Shown: piece after piece, positions 37,870 to 48,750 of the stretch
Layout of the letters: each line of letters starts with the position of its first letter
Numbering within the stretch: position 1 is the first letter of the stretch
Origin: Raillietiella orientalis
Taxonomy: Eukaryota
Length of the DNA: 64,000 nucleotides
Assembly: GCA_036172245.1 (NCBI GenBank)
Contig: JAYWIR010000013.1
Location: 930,001 to 994,000, forward strand
Direction of reading: 5' to 3'
Program-made: the position numbers and the translations under genes
Notes under the pieces: generated by a model
Database searches by the model: none
What the model was told of the DNA's origin: nothing
What the model saw: only the letters and a program-made list of their open reading frames with translations

Positions 37870-38282
37870 TTGTCCTCGGCCGCTGAGGAGCGCATCGCCG
37901 CCGGCTACCGTGCTGCGGGGAGGGGGGGGGGAGGCTGCTGGCGGACGGGGTGCTTTTCGGCTGCCTCTTCAGCAATTCCCGGCTCTTCCCGACCGGGATG
38001 CGAATCGGTCCCATCGGCTAGCGTCCGTCTTCCCCTATATTTGAGAGGTCTCCGCTGGGTTCCAACCTCGTTGGGACGCCGCGCACCGCCGCGAGTTTGC
38101 TCCTTACTCTAAGCTTCCGCTTGAGGACGCTGCCATCCGTGGGTTCAGAGCTAGGGTTCGCGGCACCCACGAATCAAAGTCTCTCCAGCTCTGCCCCACG
38201 GATGGCGTCCTAAAAGTTACGCTCTCTGCTGCCAGGAGCAAGAATGCACCCAAATAAAAAAAAAAAAAAAAAAAAAAAAAAA
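37870..38282 (+). mobile_element. Probable 3' end of an RLE-clade non-LTR element: RLE tail, long hairpin, poly(A)
   Basis: EERIAAGYR..DGVLFGCL..NSRL (~ELxxxGYxV..DAxxVGxLG..N), hairpin 38124-38211, A27 at 38256-38282. Confidence 0.45.
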
Positions 38283-39529
38283 CACGCATATGTTTTATCG
38301 AACACAAATTAATCAATTGAAAGTGTTCGCGTCCGTAATATATGTTTTAACGATCATTTAAAACAGACGAACGGAAGCAACGGCGAAAGGGTGTTTCCTT
38401 CGGTCGCCACGTTTCCTTGGATTTGGCCCTGCTGACCGGTGGCAGATCTCACCCCGACGCTCGGCCGTGGGCTCGCCCACTCACCCCGTGTCCTTCCCGG
38501 GGGGAAATTGGCGGCGCCCTCGGGCCTCCTTGCGATCGGGCGGCGCGACTCCCTCCCTCGGAATCCTGTCCCGACGACTCCCCGAGCTTCTTTTCCGAGA
38601 TCCCCGCGCGGACGTCCGTGCCGTCACGAAACGCGCAGGTAGGCCAGCTGCGCCCACACGATAGTCGCTGGGGCGGGCACGCGCATCAGAGCTTTCGGCT
38701 CTCTCCCTCCAATGGTGGGAAGACCCGCCACGTCGCGCCCTCGAGGTCCACTGCTCGGGAGATATGGAGTCGACTCCCCTCCTCCTGCGATCACTGTGGA
38801 TTCCCTCCTGCTCTGTTCCTATCGGACGTCCACCACGCTCACAGGAACGAGAGAGTGTGAGCGATCCAGCGCTGCAGGGCGTGATCGTCCACCCCCGGTC
38901 AGGGAACGTCGCGCCCGGGGCCACGCGTGCTGCGTCGGGCCGCGATCTGCTGCAGCGCGATGCTTCCGACCGATTCTTCACCAGCGAGAGTCAACCACGA
39001 GTTCCACCCACGTCCTGACCTCCCTTCCTGCCCTCCCCCTCCTGTCTTTCCGAGCGGACCGCTGCTCCTGCTGTCGTCGTGCCCGGAACAGCACGTAGAC
39101 CCCCGACCCGACTCCACCAAGGAGACGGCGTGAGCGGACGGTCGTGGCCAGTGGCGGCGACGCCTCTGGGATCTGTCCAACCCCATCCGGTGCCGGACGG
39201 CGCCCAGAAAGCCGCGTGACGGAAGGCGGCGAGGCGGTCGGCGCCCTCCCTCCTTCTCTCCCAAGGAAGAGGGGCGTCCGTTAGCGCCAACGTCGTCCTC
39301 GGAGCCAATTCCCGTTTCCTGGTCCCCAAGGAATGCTGGAGAGCCTCTCCTCCTTACGGGGGACTCGCGGAAGAGCTCTTTGGCGCCGCCCTCGCCACCT
39401 TGGGGTGCGTTTCACTCTTCTAGTTGAGGTGGGTGGTGGGGGCAACCCCGGAGGGACCACCTTATGGATCCAGGACGGCTCCATCGGCACAACTGGAGAG
39501 GGAGGGACCCCGAAAGGAGAGACCACTTC

Positions 39530-40090
39530 ATGAATTCAGGGCGGCTCCGCAGGTAGAAGCAGGCTGTTTCTCTCGTGCTCGCCCTCGCCCCGGTCGTCTC
39601 CGAAGGGAACCCGGAAAGGACTCGCTCCTGGAGTTTCCTCTCCGGAAAGTCCTCCTCCCGTTTCCTCCTCCTGTGAAGAGAACCACCCAGCATGGACGCT
39701 CCTGAATTTCCTCTGAAGGGAGCAGCGCGCTTCTTGTGACTCTGGAGAGGTACGATCCCCGAGGGAGAGTGTCAACCAGGTCCATGATGGGCGGCTCCAT
39801 CGGCACCACTGGAGGGGGGGAAAGGAAACCGAAGGGAAAGGGCGCTTCGATTCCTGGAAGGACCCCAAAGGGTCGACTCTCAATCCCAGCCGGTCAAAGG
39901 GGGGGGGCATCGGCAGGTCTCCACCCGTGCCGCTCCGGGAGCGTGTCGGCCGGCCGTCATCTTACGGGGGAACTCGAAACCCACGATGCCCCCCCTCCCC
40001 CATTTCTCTGAGTGCTTCCTCCACGCGGGGATTCCGTTACGTTCGGCCCCGCAGCCACGTTGGCAGCCGCCAACGTGGCTGCGAGGAACC
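39530..40090 (-). mobile_element. L1/Tx1-like endonuclease/linker fragment
   Basis: KMTAGRHAPG, LRVDPLGSFQES, IMDLVDTL blocks. Confidence 0.55.
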
Positions 40091-40439
40091 ACGTCCTACG
40101 CGCGCGCGCGCGTCCGTGTGACCGGGAAGCGGAAGGCGCAGCGGATGATGATGAGCTCTGGAGCCGTTCGGATTTTATGGGCTAGAAACAAAGTATCGCG
40201 TCTTCGCTCATCCCGCAAGCGGCCGGAAGTCGCAGCCACGAGGAAGCTGGATGCATTTCATCCCGCGACAGTGGACTTTTATGACATCTCCGATTTGAGA
40301 TGAGGACTTCTCGCTCTCGGAGAGACAAAGGAAGAAGATGCGGTGTTTGTTTGTCTTCCGAGTGCTGCAGAGACGAAAACGAGGGAGGGGGGGGGGGGGG
40401 GGAAGGAAGAAGAAGCGAAAAACAAACGAGGAATGCGAA

Positions 40440-41000
40440 GGCAGGCAAACAAGGAACTGGTGAAGACCCGGAAGACAATTCAATTAGGTGACAGCAGCAG
40501 CAGCAGCTGCTGCGGAAACGAGAAACGGAGGAACTGTGGAACGCCGGGGGCGGCTGCTGCAGAGCACGTGCAAACACGAGTGCGTTGCGGAATCCAGGAG
40601 AGCTCCGTTCCTATCTGATTCCCAACTGAATTCGGGCGAAGGTGGGCTGGGGGTTTCTCTTCCTCGTCGGGTGTCCGTTGAATTCGGCAGCAGACAGTAG
40701 CAGCATCTAGAAGGAGCTGCTTCCGAAGCGGCGAAATTTCGCGCGGAGTCCGGGCGGAAGTGGATCATCAACAGCAACCTGTAACAGGGACCGTGCCTCC
40801 GTCGCAAGGACACGCTACACTTTTCGGAGAGGGGGGAGGGGAGGAAGGAACGCATCTTCCAGAGCGCTGCAATCTTCTCGCACGAGGAGCAGCAGCAGCG
40901 TCTCCACCGTCGTCGAAGGTCGCTCCGAGAAACGACTCGCGCGCCCCTGAGAGCTTTTGATGTCCCTTCCGAAGCCTTCAGGCCGGTCAGAGTCATCCCG
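40440..41000 (-). pseudogene. Possible PIF/Harbinger transposase relic
   Basis: LLLDAA/LLPN (~LLGDxAYPL), AR....AF...SRFR, GLHQFL (~LHNFL). Confidence 0.35.
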
Positions 41001-41899
41001 CAGGGAATGCTCGAAACCTACGACGCGCGTCCACTTCCCGGAGTCCATCCTTCCCCGGGTGGGATTCCAAACCCCGCAACGCTCCTCGGTGCCACGCGCG
41101 CACGGCCCCCAGAGCGGGCTCCTCTTCGGCCTTCGAGCCGGTTCGGCCGCGGTGCGCTCCTCGCGTTCCGAGAGGACTTCTGCTTCGGGCAAGCGGAGGG
41201 ACCCAGCACTCGTTCCTCCTCCTTCTCCTCCTACTCTCTCCTGGGTATGGAAGATCAGGGACAAAGCTTCCAGCCGTTTCGAGTCCACCTTCGGAAGGAG
41301 GAGACGAGGATTCGTTACCTTGGACACGTCTTCTTCTCCAGAGGGCACGGTCTCTCTCTCCCTCGACCTCCCCCTCCTTTCCCCTCTGTTTTCTTTTTCA
41401 TTCTCGACTGCTTTTTAGGACGCCGTGCAAACAAAAACTGGCAGCTTCGAGGAGAGTCGAAGGTAAGCGCGCGCGGCTCTTGCACAAATTTACAACGGAC
41501 TCCGTGGCGAATCGCAGCAACTGTTTACATTGGCTGCAAAAAGTGGGAGGAAAAAGAAAAAAAAGATGGACAAAAAAAGAAAGAAGTCAATCGGAAGAAG
41601 AACATGCTTGCAGCATGCGAAGCAGGAGCGCCGAAGAGCTAGCAAAGGAGGGCTCTGCCGAAGCGAGGACGTCGGCAGGTAGTGGCACGTAATGGGGGAG
41701 CTTGGATGTCCCAAGACAATCCACCTCACCTCTCAATTTGCAGTGGTCACTGCGCTGCCCACAATGAGGACCATAGCGTGGCTGCCGCGAGGATCGTATG
41801 CGCACCTAGGTGCGTCCACCCATACTGTCCGTGCTCCGTTGACACGAGAAAGGAGGACGCTAGATTCCCCGGTCGGAGTCGAACGCGGGGAAGGCCGCA

Positions 41900-42600
41900 C
41901 TGCCACCCAGCTGCGCTGGGCCGCGGCCGGAAGGGGCTCCGGAGAAGGGATTCCGTTCCTCTCGCACCTAGGGAGGGATTCCCAAAGGGAACCTCCTCTT
42001 CCTCATTTTCTCCTGGTCTGTGGGGGTCGCTCCATTTTTTCTTCTGAGGAGGGAACCCGCAAAGGATCTGATCCCTGTTTTCTCCTCCTCTGGAGAGAAT
42101 TCCGAAGGGACGCTTCCCGATTTCTCTGAAGGTTCGAAGGGAGTGGCACGCTTCCCTGCACTCTGGAGAGGCGGAGACACACCAACTCTGCGGTACGAGA
42201 CGGAGGGCCCATCCACGAGGGGGAAGGGATGGCTCTTTTGCACAACCGGAGGGGATGGACCCTGAGAGTCGACTCCCAATCCCAGCTACTCGTCGGTGGC
42301 ATCCGGTTTGAACCGTTATCGGTGCCGCTGCACCCGAATGGATGTAGGTCAACCAGCGTCATCTTGCGAGAGGAACTCGAACCCACTACGCACCCCCCAT
42401 TTCTCCGGCGTCCCCGGGCGGGGTTCGAACCCTCTACGCTTGGTGGTGCCATGCGCGGAGACCTTAGTAGCCACATGGCCTCCGACGCAGGTGCTCTCTC
42501 CGCAGCTTCAGTTTTGCTGAGGGCGAAAAACACGAGTTGGTCTCCGGAGCGTCGCTCGAGGGACGGGGATGCAGTTGGGAACTCCTGCTGCTTTCCTCTT
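41900..42600 (-). mobile_element. L1/Tx1-like endonuclease/linker fragment
   Basis: NGGCVV..KMTLVD, FREIGKRPFG blocks as in other copies. Confidence 0.6.
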
Positions 42601-44499
42601 CCGATGCAGAAGCAGGATGTCGGATGCTTGCGCGAATCGGAGGCGAAATTCCTCCGAGGAAGGGGGAACGGGTGCCTCTTCCCTGTGTTGGGGAGGGGGG
42701 GGGGGCAACGTAGGCACGGGGACGCAGGACGGATCTCACGTGCCAGGGGTCTTTGCGCGTGCAGCGTTTCCAGGCAACCAAGGAGCGGAAGTGGAGGCGG
42801 CGGGATGTCTTTCCGCGTCGTCCTGGAAGCGCGCGGTGCGCGTCAGGAAAAAAGAATGCTGGAAGTGGAGACCTGCGGATGCCTCCCCTTTGACTGGCTG
42901 GGATTGGAAGTCGACCTTTTGGGGTCCTCCCAGAAATCGAAGCGCCCGTTCCCTTCGATTTCCTTTCCCCCCCTCCAGCGGTGCCGAGGGAGCCGTCCAT
43001 CATGGACCTAGTGGACACCCTCACTCGGGGATCGCCTCTCCAGAGTTACAAGAGCGCTGCTCCCTACGGGGAGCGCCCTTCAGGCTCTCGTTGCGAGAAG
43101 GTAAACTCGTTAGGCTACGAATGGGATCGTGCTGGGCGCTCTGAGGGACTTGACGACCTCGCCTGTAGGGTCACCCCGCTGCCATCCGGTCGCTGGCTTC
43201 GCGCGTCCAACGTGGAGAAGTGAAGAACTTCCTTCCGGGAGGCAGGTGACCCGAGGAGGCACTACCGGGTGAGCAGCGGTCTCGGCCGCTTCGCGTGCAC
43301 CGAAGGACAGGGGAGGGTCAAAGGCATCCCAGCGGTCGCTTCCTTGTGCCCGCTCGAACGCGTTCCCTTTGGCCCAGAGAAGTCCTTTTGTTCAGGGGAG
43401 TACACGGAAGCGGTGATTACAGTCGATGCAGGCGGATGCTCTCCTTCCTGTAAGCGAGGAAAAAGGAGTCCGTCTTCCCATTCACACACCCCGCCTCCCC
43501 GAAACGGTAACAAGGAGGAGAGAAAGTGGACGCGATGATTTGCACTCAGTCCGCGTCCTAGAAGTGGCTTCCAAGAGCATCCCCTTCCCTCGATAGCAGA
43601 CAGATAGACTCCACTCGAGCACGGTAGCTAAGCAGCCCTCATACTTCCACAGCCCTGCATCCGGAGGAGGCTCTAACAGAAGGGTTCGCGACCGGAGGTG
43701 CGCTCGTAGAGTCCCGGATGGAAGAGCCCCTTCAGATCTGCCTCTTTCCGCTGGCTGCCGCGCGACAGCGAGGGCAGGAACGAGCCAACGCGCCTCTGAG
43801 ACTCCCATTCCGATGTCGTCGCAGCTGCACGTTCCTTGGTCGTTGCCGCCAGCCGCCTGTGGCGCCTTTCCACGGGCGCTCCTGTTGGTGCGATCGCTCG
43901 TTCCCCGCGAGAAGATGGCGTTCTCCATCCACGGCAGCAGATGGCTGTAATAAAACGCCTTCGTCCGCCTCAAGGGCGCCTTTGTTCGCCCCAGGTCGCT
44001 GCCGGTAGGCTCTCTGCTTCGTGAGACCCCCCCCCCCCCAGCTGCTTCCCCTTTTTCTCGCAGAGGAGGCGATGACAACTCCCACTCCCTGACACCGAGC
44101 CGCTGGTAACCCCCATGGAGGAGAGGGAGCAGGTGAGTGAGATCCCCCTTCCTCCCCTCGGCCCTGCCGACGATTTGGCCCCTATGGAGGAGGGAGAACC
44201 GATGAGCGATGCATCCCCTGCTCCTAGCGTCCTGCCCGATCAGGTGGCGGGAGCCCCATTGTTGCTTTCCCAGGATTAGCACCTGGGCTCGCCTGTCGCC
44301 GTCGGATCAGTGTGGCCTGTTGGAACGTCAACGGGCTGCGCGACGACGGCAAGAGACGAGCCCAGGTGCTAATCCTGGGTGCTGATCCTGGCACAGCCGC
44401 CACCCTGAGTGATTTCGACCTGGAGCTCCTGCAGGAGATCCACGTGATCACCTCGGAGAACGCCCAGGAGATCGAGAGGATCGCAGGGGGACGGCTGGT

Positions 44500-45099
44500 T
44501 CTCACCCGGGTGCGCCGGGGCGTTCATTGAAAAACTATCCGGGAACAGAGTTCCCGGACAAAGGATACAGAGAAGACGAAGGGGGTGGGATCCCCGACAC
44601 GCAGGTTGGTATACCGAAAGTCCGGAACGGGAGGGAGGGGACCACAAATACACCAGTATAAAAAATAAAAATAAAACTATGGAGGGCAGGGGACTGGGGT
44701 CTTTGGTACGGCCGTTCCTTCCTTTCAGAACCGGCGATGGATGCCGGCGATCTCTCTCCTCACGCTCTCTGGAAGATGCGCCCACTCGGCTGCCGACGAC
44801 ATGCTGGCGCTGGCTAAGCCGGTGGGCTGACGAAGGATGGCCAGCTTCTCCAGTTGTCGGTGGGCCTTGTCGATGGCGCAGGTGCAACACACGGTTGCAA
44901 CGACAGCACCTAAAGACAGGCCGCCTGGCGTGAAGAAGCGGCGCATCAAGTCTGTTGCGGTGTCCCCCTGCAGCAGGAGAGCTGAGGCCAACCTCCGCCA
45001 CAGTCCTAGGAGGGCACCGCAGTCCAGGAGCAGGTGCGGGAGCGTTTCCACTTCCCCGCACCGCTTACAGTTTGGGGAGACAACTCCCCAAACTGTAAG
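44500..45099 (-). mobile_element. Nested antisense 3' fragment with 8-bp TSD and 19-bp 5' foldback
   Basis: CKRCGEVETLPHLLLDC; CGGCTGGT at 44492-44499 and 45100-45107; hairpin terminus 44503-44522. Confidence 0.82.
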
Positions 45100-45602
45100 C
45101 GGCTGGTGGCTGGTTATCACCCGGGTGCACCGGGGCGTTTATTAAAAACTGGGGATTTCAATCTCCATCTGCTCTTAGGTGAACCTCGAGCACAGGAACT
45201 CACGGCTAACGAGTTGTGCGCCGCTATGCGTGCGCGCAACTTGCAACGTTTTCCTTGACGCCGAGGATCTTCTGCTCTTGCTGCCCATGTCCTCCCCGGA
45301 CATGGGCAGCGGCAGTCGAGGATTTCTTCGATCTGCTGAGCTGCGGGACGGGACTGCGGGTGAACAAGGCAAAGTCGTCGGTGGTGGCGGTAGGTGCGAC
45401 GTGGGTTGGACGGCCTGACTGGATCCGCTTATGCACCCCTACAGCGAGGTACCTGAAGTACCTGGACGTCCCGCTGGGGGACTTCTACCCGTCAGTAGCC
45501 TGGTCAGGTCGTTTCCAAAAAGTAGAGTTGGCGATCGGCCCGTTCCTCGAAGGCAAGTTTCTCCTGCCGGAACGGGCCGCCGTTGGAACGCGTTAGTGAC
45601 CT

Positions 45603-45641
45603 CATCCTCCGCTCCCATCCTCCGCTCCCATCCTCCGCTCC
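45603..45641. repeat. 13-bp tandem triplication
   Basis: CATCCTCCGCTCC x3. Confidence 0.95.
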
Positions 45642-45784
45642 CTGCTTTTTGTTTGCCCCGTCCCCCCCCCCCCCAGTCGAAGAAACGGACGAAGGACCTC
45701 CTCTATATCGCCCTGTGAGGCAAAGGGAGGCCCCGAGTTCTGCTGAAGAACTTGTGCGCTTCGCGTCGGGATGACGGTCTTGGC

Positions 45785-46341
45785 TCCCCCACCTTCTTGT
45801 TGACTGTGCTGCCCTCCGACCCCTGTGGGAACGGTTTGGGACGACCCTCGGGCTCCCTACGGGCAGCGCGCCCAGAGACGTTTTCCGACTTCCCTTCGTG
45901 CGGGACGCCCTGCAGCCAGCCGCAGCCGTGGCAGCATTATGCTGCATCCGAGGCATCGTGGCGGCGTGGAGTGATGCCTGCGACGAAGATGTGGACCAGA
46001 ACAAGAGGGACGTCATCCCGTATGCTGTTCGCTTTCTGACGAGAGCTACTGGATGGCCCCAGCTGGGTACAATTCGAATGGACTTAAAGGGCTTCCTTCG
46101 CAGGATGGGCCCTCCTCACAGTGCACAGTGATCCCTTCCCAGCCCTCCAACTTATTTTTGTTTTCCTTACTTTTTATTTTTCTTTTTGTTTTCTCCCCCA
46201 TCCCTTCCACTGCCGAGGAGAGCCACGTCGGGCTGCGTCCCGGCGTCCCGGCAGGTCCGGCGTTGTGTGGCCGTTAGTGGGGCCTGGTAGCACGTATGTA
46301 GAATGTTTTTTAATAAACGCCCCGGGATTACCCTGGTGGAA
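45785..46341 (+). mobile_element. Nested sense 5'-truncated insertion with 14-bp TSD
   Basis: ATGACGGTCTTGGC at 45771-45784 and 46342-46355; removing the insert restores the host DGLGLL motif. Confidence 0.92.
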
Positions 46342-47759
46342 ATGACGGTCTTGGCCTCCTGATGCTGGAACGGATGGAGATCCATCTGCGATGGCGCACC
46401 ATGGCCATCGCAGCGAAGTACTGGAGCACCCCTTGAGCTTTGCGGCCTGCCTCCTCGCCAGCCGTGTATCCGGGACGCAAGGACTCGCTTCTTATCTTCT
46501 GTGCCGTAGCCGAAAGATCAAAAGATGCGGCCTTCTCCTCGGACGCATGGCCACACTGGCCAAGGAGAACGGCTGGATGGTCTGCAGTCCCATCAACTCC
46601 AGCGCATGGTTGGAGGAAACAATTGGCACGTGGGCGAAGTTGAACGAGAGGAGCCACGAGACGTGGAATCGCCTGCGACGCGGCCAATACGCCCACTGCA
46701 CCCTGCGGAAGATACTAGAGTGTCCCGCCAGGAGCACGTGGGCAGAGACGACCCCCTAGCTACGGCGCTGCCCTTCCAGAGAAGGGCGCTTTTCAGCAGA
46801 CGCATGCCCAGGTGGCAAGTCTCCTGCCGTATCGCAGGCAGAGAAAACTTGATGAGCTATTGGACCATGGGACAGCTGGCGGACGCCACGACCCCGAGAG
46901 TCCTTCCACGAGGACTCAAGAAATGGGGCGAGCTGCTCGGCATCACGACGGATGACCTGAAGTGGCCCCGGTGTTGACTGGATCATGCATCCTCCCCCTG
47001 AAGTGGCAGGAGTCGGCGCTTCTGCTGTTGCATTGGGGTCTTCCCTGCAACGCATGCCTCCACCACTGGACCCGGGGACGAGTGGATCCGGAGTGCACCA
47101 GATGCGGGGAGCGGGAGTCCCTCTCTCATCTGATTGTTGACTGTGTTGCCCTCCGACCCCTCTGGGAACGTTTTGGGACGACTCTGGGGATCCCGGTTGG
47201 CAGCCCCTCTAGAGACGTTTTCCGGTTTCTCTTCGTGCGGGACGCCCTGCATCCAGCCGCGGCCCTGGCAGCACTTTGCTGCGCTCGAGGGATTATGACT
47301 GGCTGGAGCGAAGTCAGAAGTCCAAACCACGAGAGGGATGTCGTCGAACTCGCAGCCCGTTACCTGCGGATTATGACCAGATGGCCCCACCTGGGCAGAA
47401 TTCGGATGGATCTCGATGGCATCCTGCAAAGGATGGACCCCCCTCCTCCCATCCCTTCCCTTCCCTCCAAAGCCTTTTTCTCATCTATTTTTTGTTTTAT
47501 TTTTCTTTTTGTTTTTTCCCCCATTCCCTTCCGCTGCAGAGGAGAGTGGCGCCGGTCTGCGTACCGGCGACCCAGCAGGGGGTCCTGTTGTGTTGGCCGT
47601 AGTGGGGCCTCGTACCACGAATTTATAGAGAAGTTATAATAAACGACCCGGCGTAACCGGGTGGCAACCAGCGGAGGCAATTGATTGCGAATTCCCCCGA
47701 GGTATCTGGATGAGCACATCTCCCCCGCTTTCCTGGTTCTACGCCGCTTGGGCACGGGA

Positions 47760-48750
47760 CTCGCCTCCTTCTCACCTTTCTTCAAGTAGTCCGAGTGACC
47801 ATCTTCCTTTCAAAGAAGAAGAGGAGAAGGAAAGTTTCCAGCAAACGGAAGAGTTAAGGGGCATGGTTCTCCACCTGATCTCTGGTATTTCCAACCTCCC
47901 GTCTCCTTCGATATCGAAAGTTGATCTCCCACGCTGCTCCCCCTTCCTGCTTCGTGGGAATCCGCCCTTGCTTCCCGGCCTTCTTCCCCGGACGTCCCCT
48001 CTCTGCCGTCTCCTCGTCGCCTCGCAGACCGTCATGCTCGTCGGCGCCGCCTCGCCTCTTTCGGAGGCTCTTCGCGGTCATGGTTCCGACAGGGACCCCC
48101 TTCCCGATCTCCAGCGACCCGGAAAGATGGGATATGTCCCCGAAGCGATCGGAGGGACCATGCAAGAAGAGGCGAGCGTGAGCGTCTCGCCTGAAACGTG
48201 CCGACGTGTCGGCGGCAGCTCCGGAGTGATTTCACCGGAGTTGTGCGCGTGTTGTCTTTCATCCCTTTAATGAAGATGCTGGGAGATGGACGGGGTCGCT
48301 TCCGTCCTCGAACCTTTCCTGACTCGGACAGGTCGAGTCCGGTGGGCAGGGTCCGACGCGTGCGGGGCCTTATGGAGCGCAACTTCTTGGAGGGCTTTTC
48401 CCGATCTAGACTGGTCCAAAGCTTCGCGCCGTCTGGACGACCTCCCGTCAGAACCGTCGCCCCGTGCACGAAGAGTTCGCACGAGCCGCACCCGACGGGA
48501 GCGAGCAAAATCGAGTGGCGCTGCCGCCGGAGGGCTCACGGTGGTGAGGACGAAGATGCTGGGCTCGTTGTCGCGCCAACGGGCGAGCGACTCGGGCCGG
48601 GGACACCGCCCCGCACGTCGCCGTGGCTGCTGCTGCTCACTCTGGAATCAGAAAGGAAACTGGGAATGAAGCATTCGACGTTTCGATACCGCTTTGCCGC
48701 GCGGCGACTTTGGGACGGATGCGGCGTGTGCCCGTGCCGGGGGCCGCGCT
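47760..48750 (-). pseudogene. Decayed non-LTR RT (RLE-clade-like)
   Basis: PKSPRG, RPDGA, LEIGKGVPVG (~RGVxQG), FDIEGD..I in RT order. Confidence 0.4.

Larger units (their letters stand above)
43260..47666 (+). mobile_element. Near full-length degenerate L1/Tx1-like LINE interrupted by nested insertions of its own family
   Basis: ORF1-like VKGIP..PFG and ETG..VRV..SIP; EN start ACWNVNGL..LLQEIH (44312-44445); GDFN (45152); DAEDLLL; GLRVNKAKS; LKYLDVPLG; CTRCGERESLSHLIVDC; AATAAA 47638-47643 and hairpin. Confidence 0.88.
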
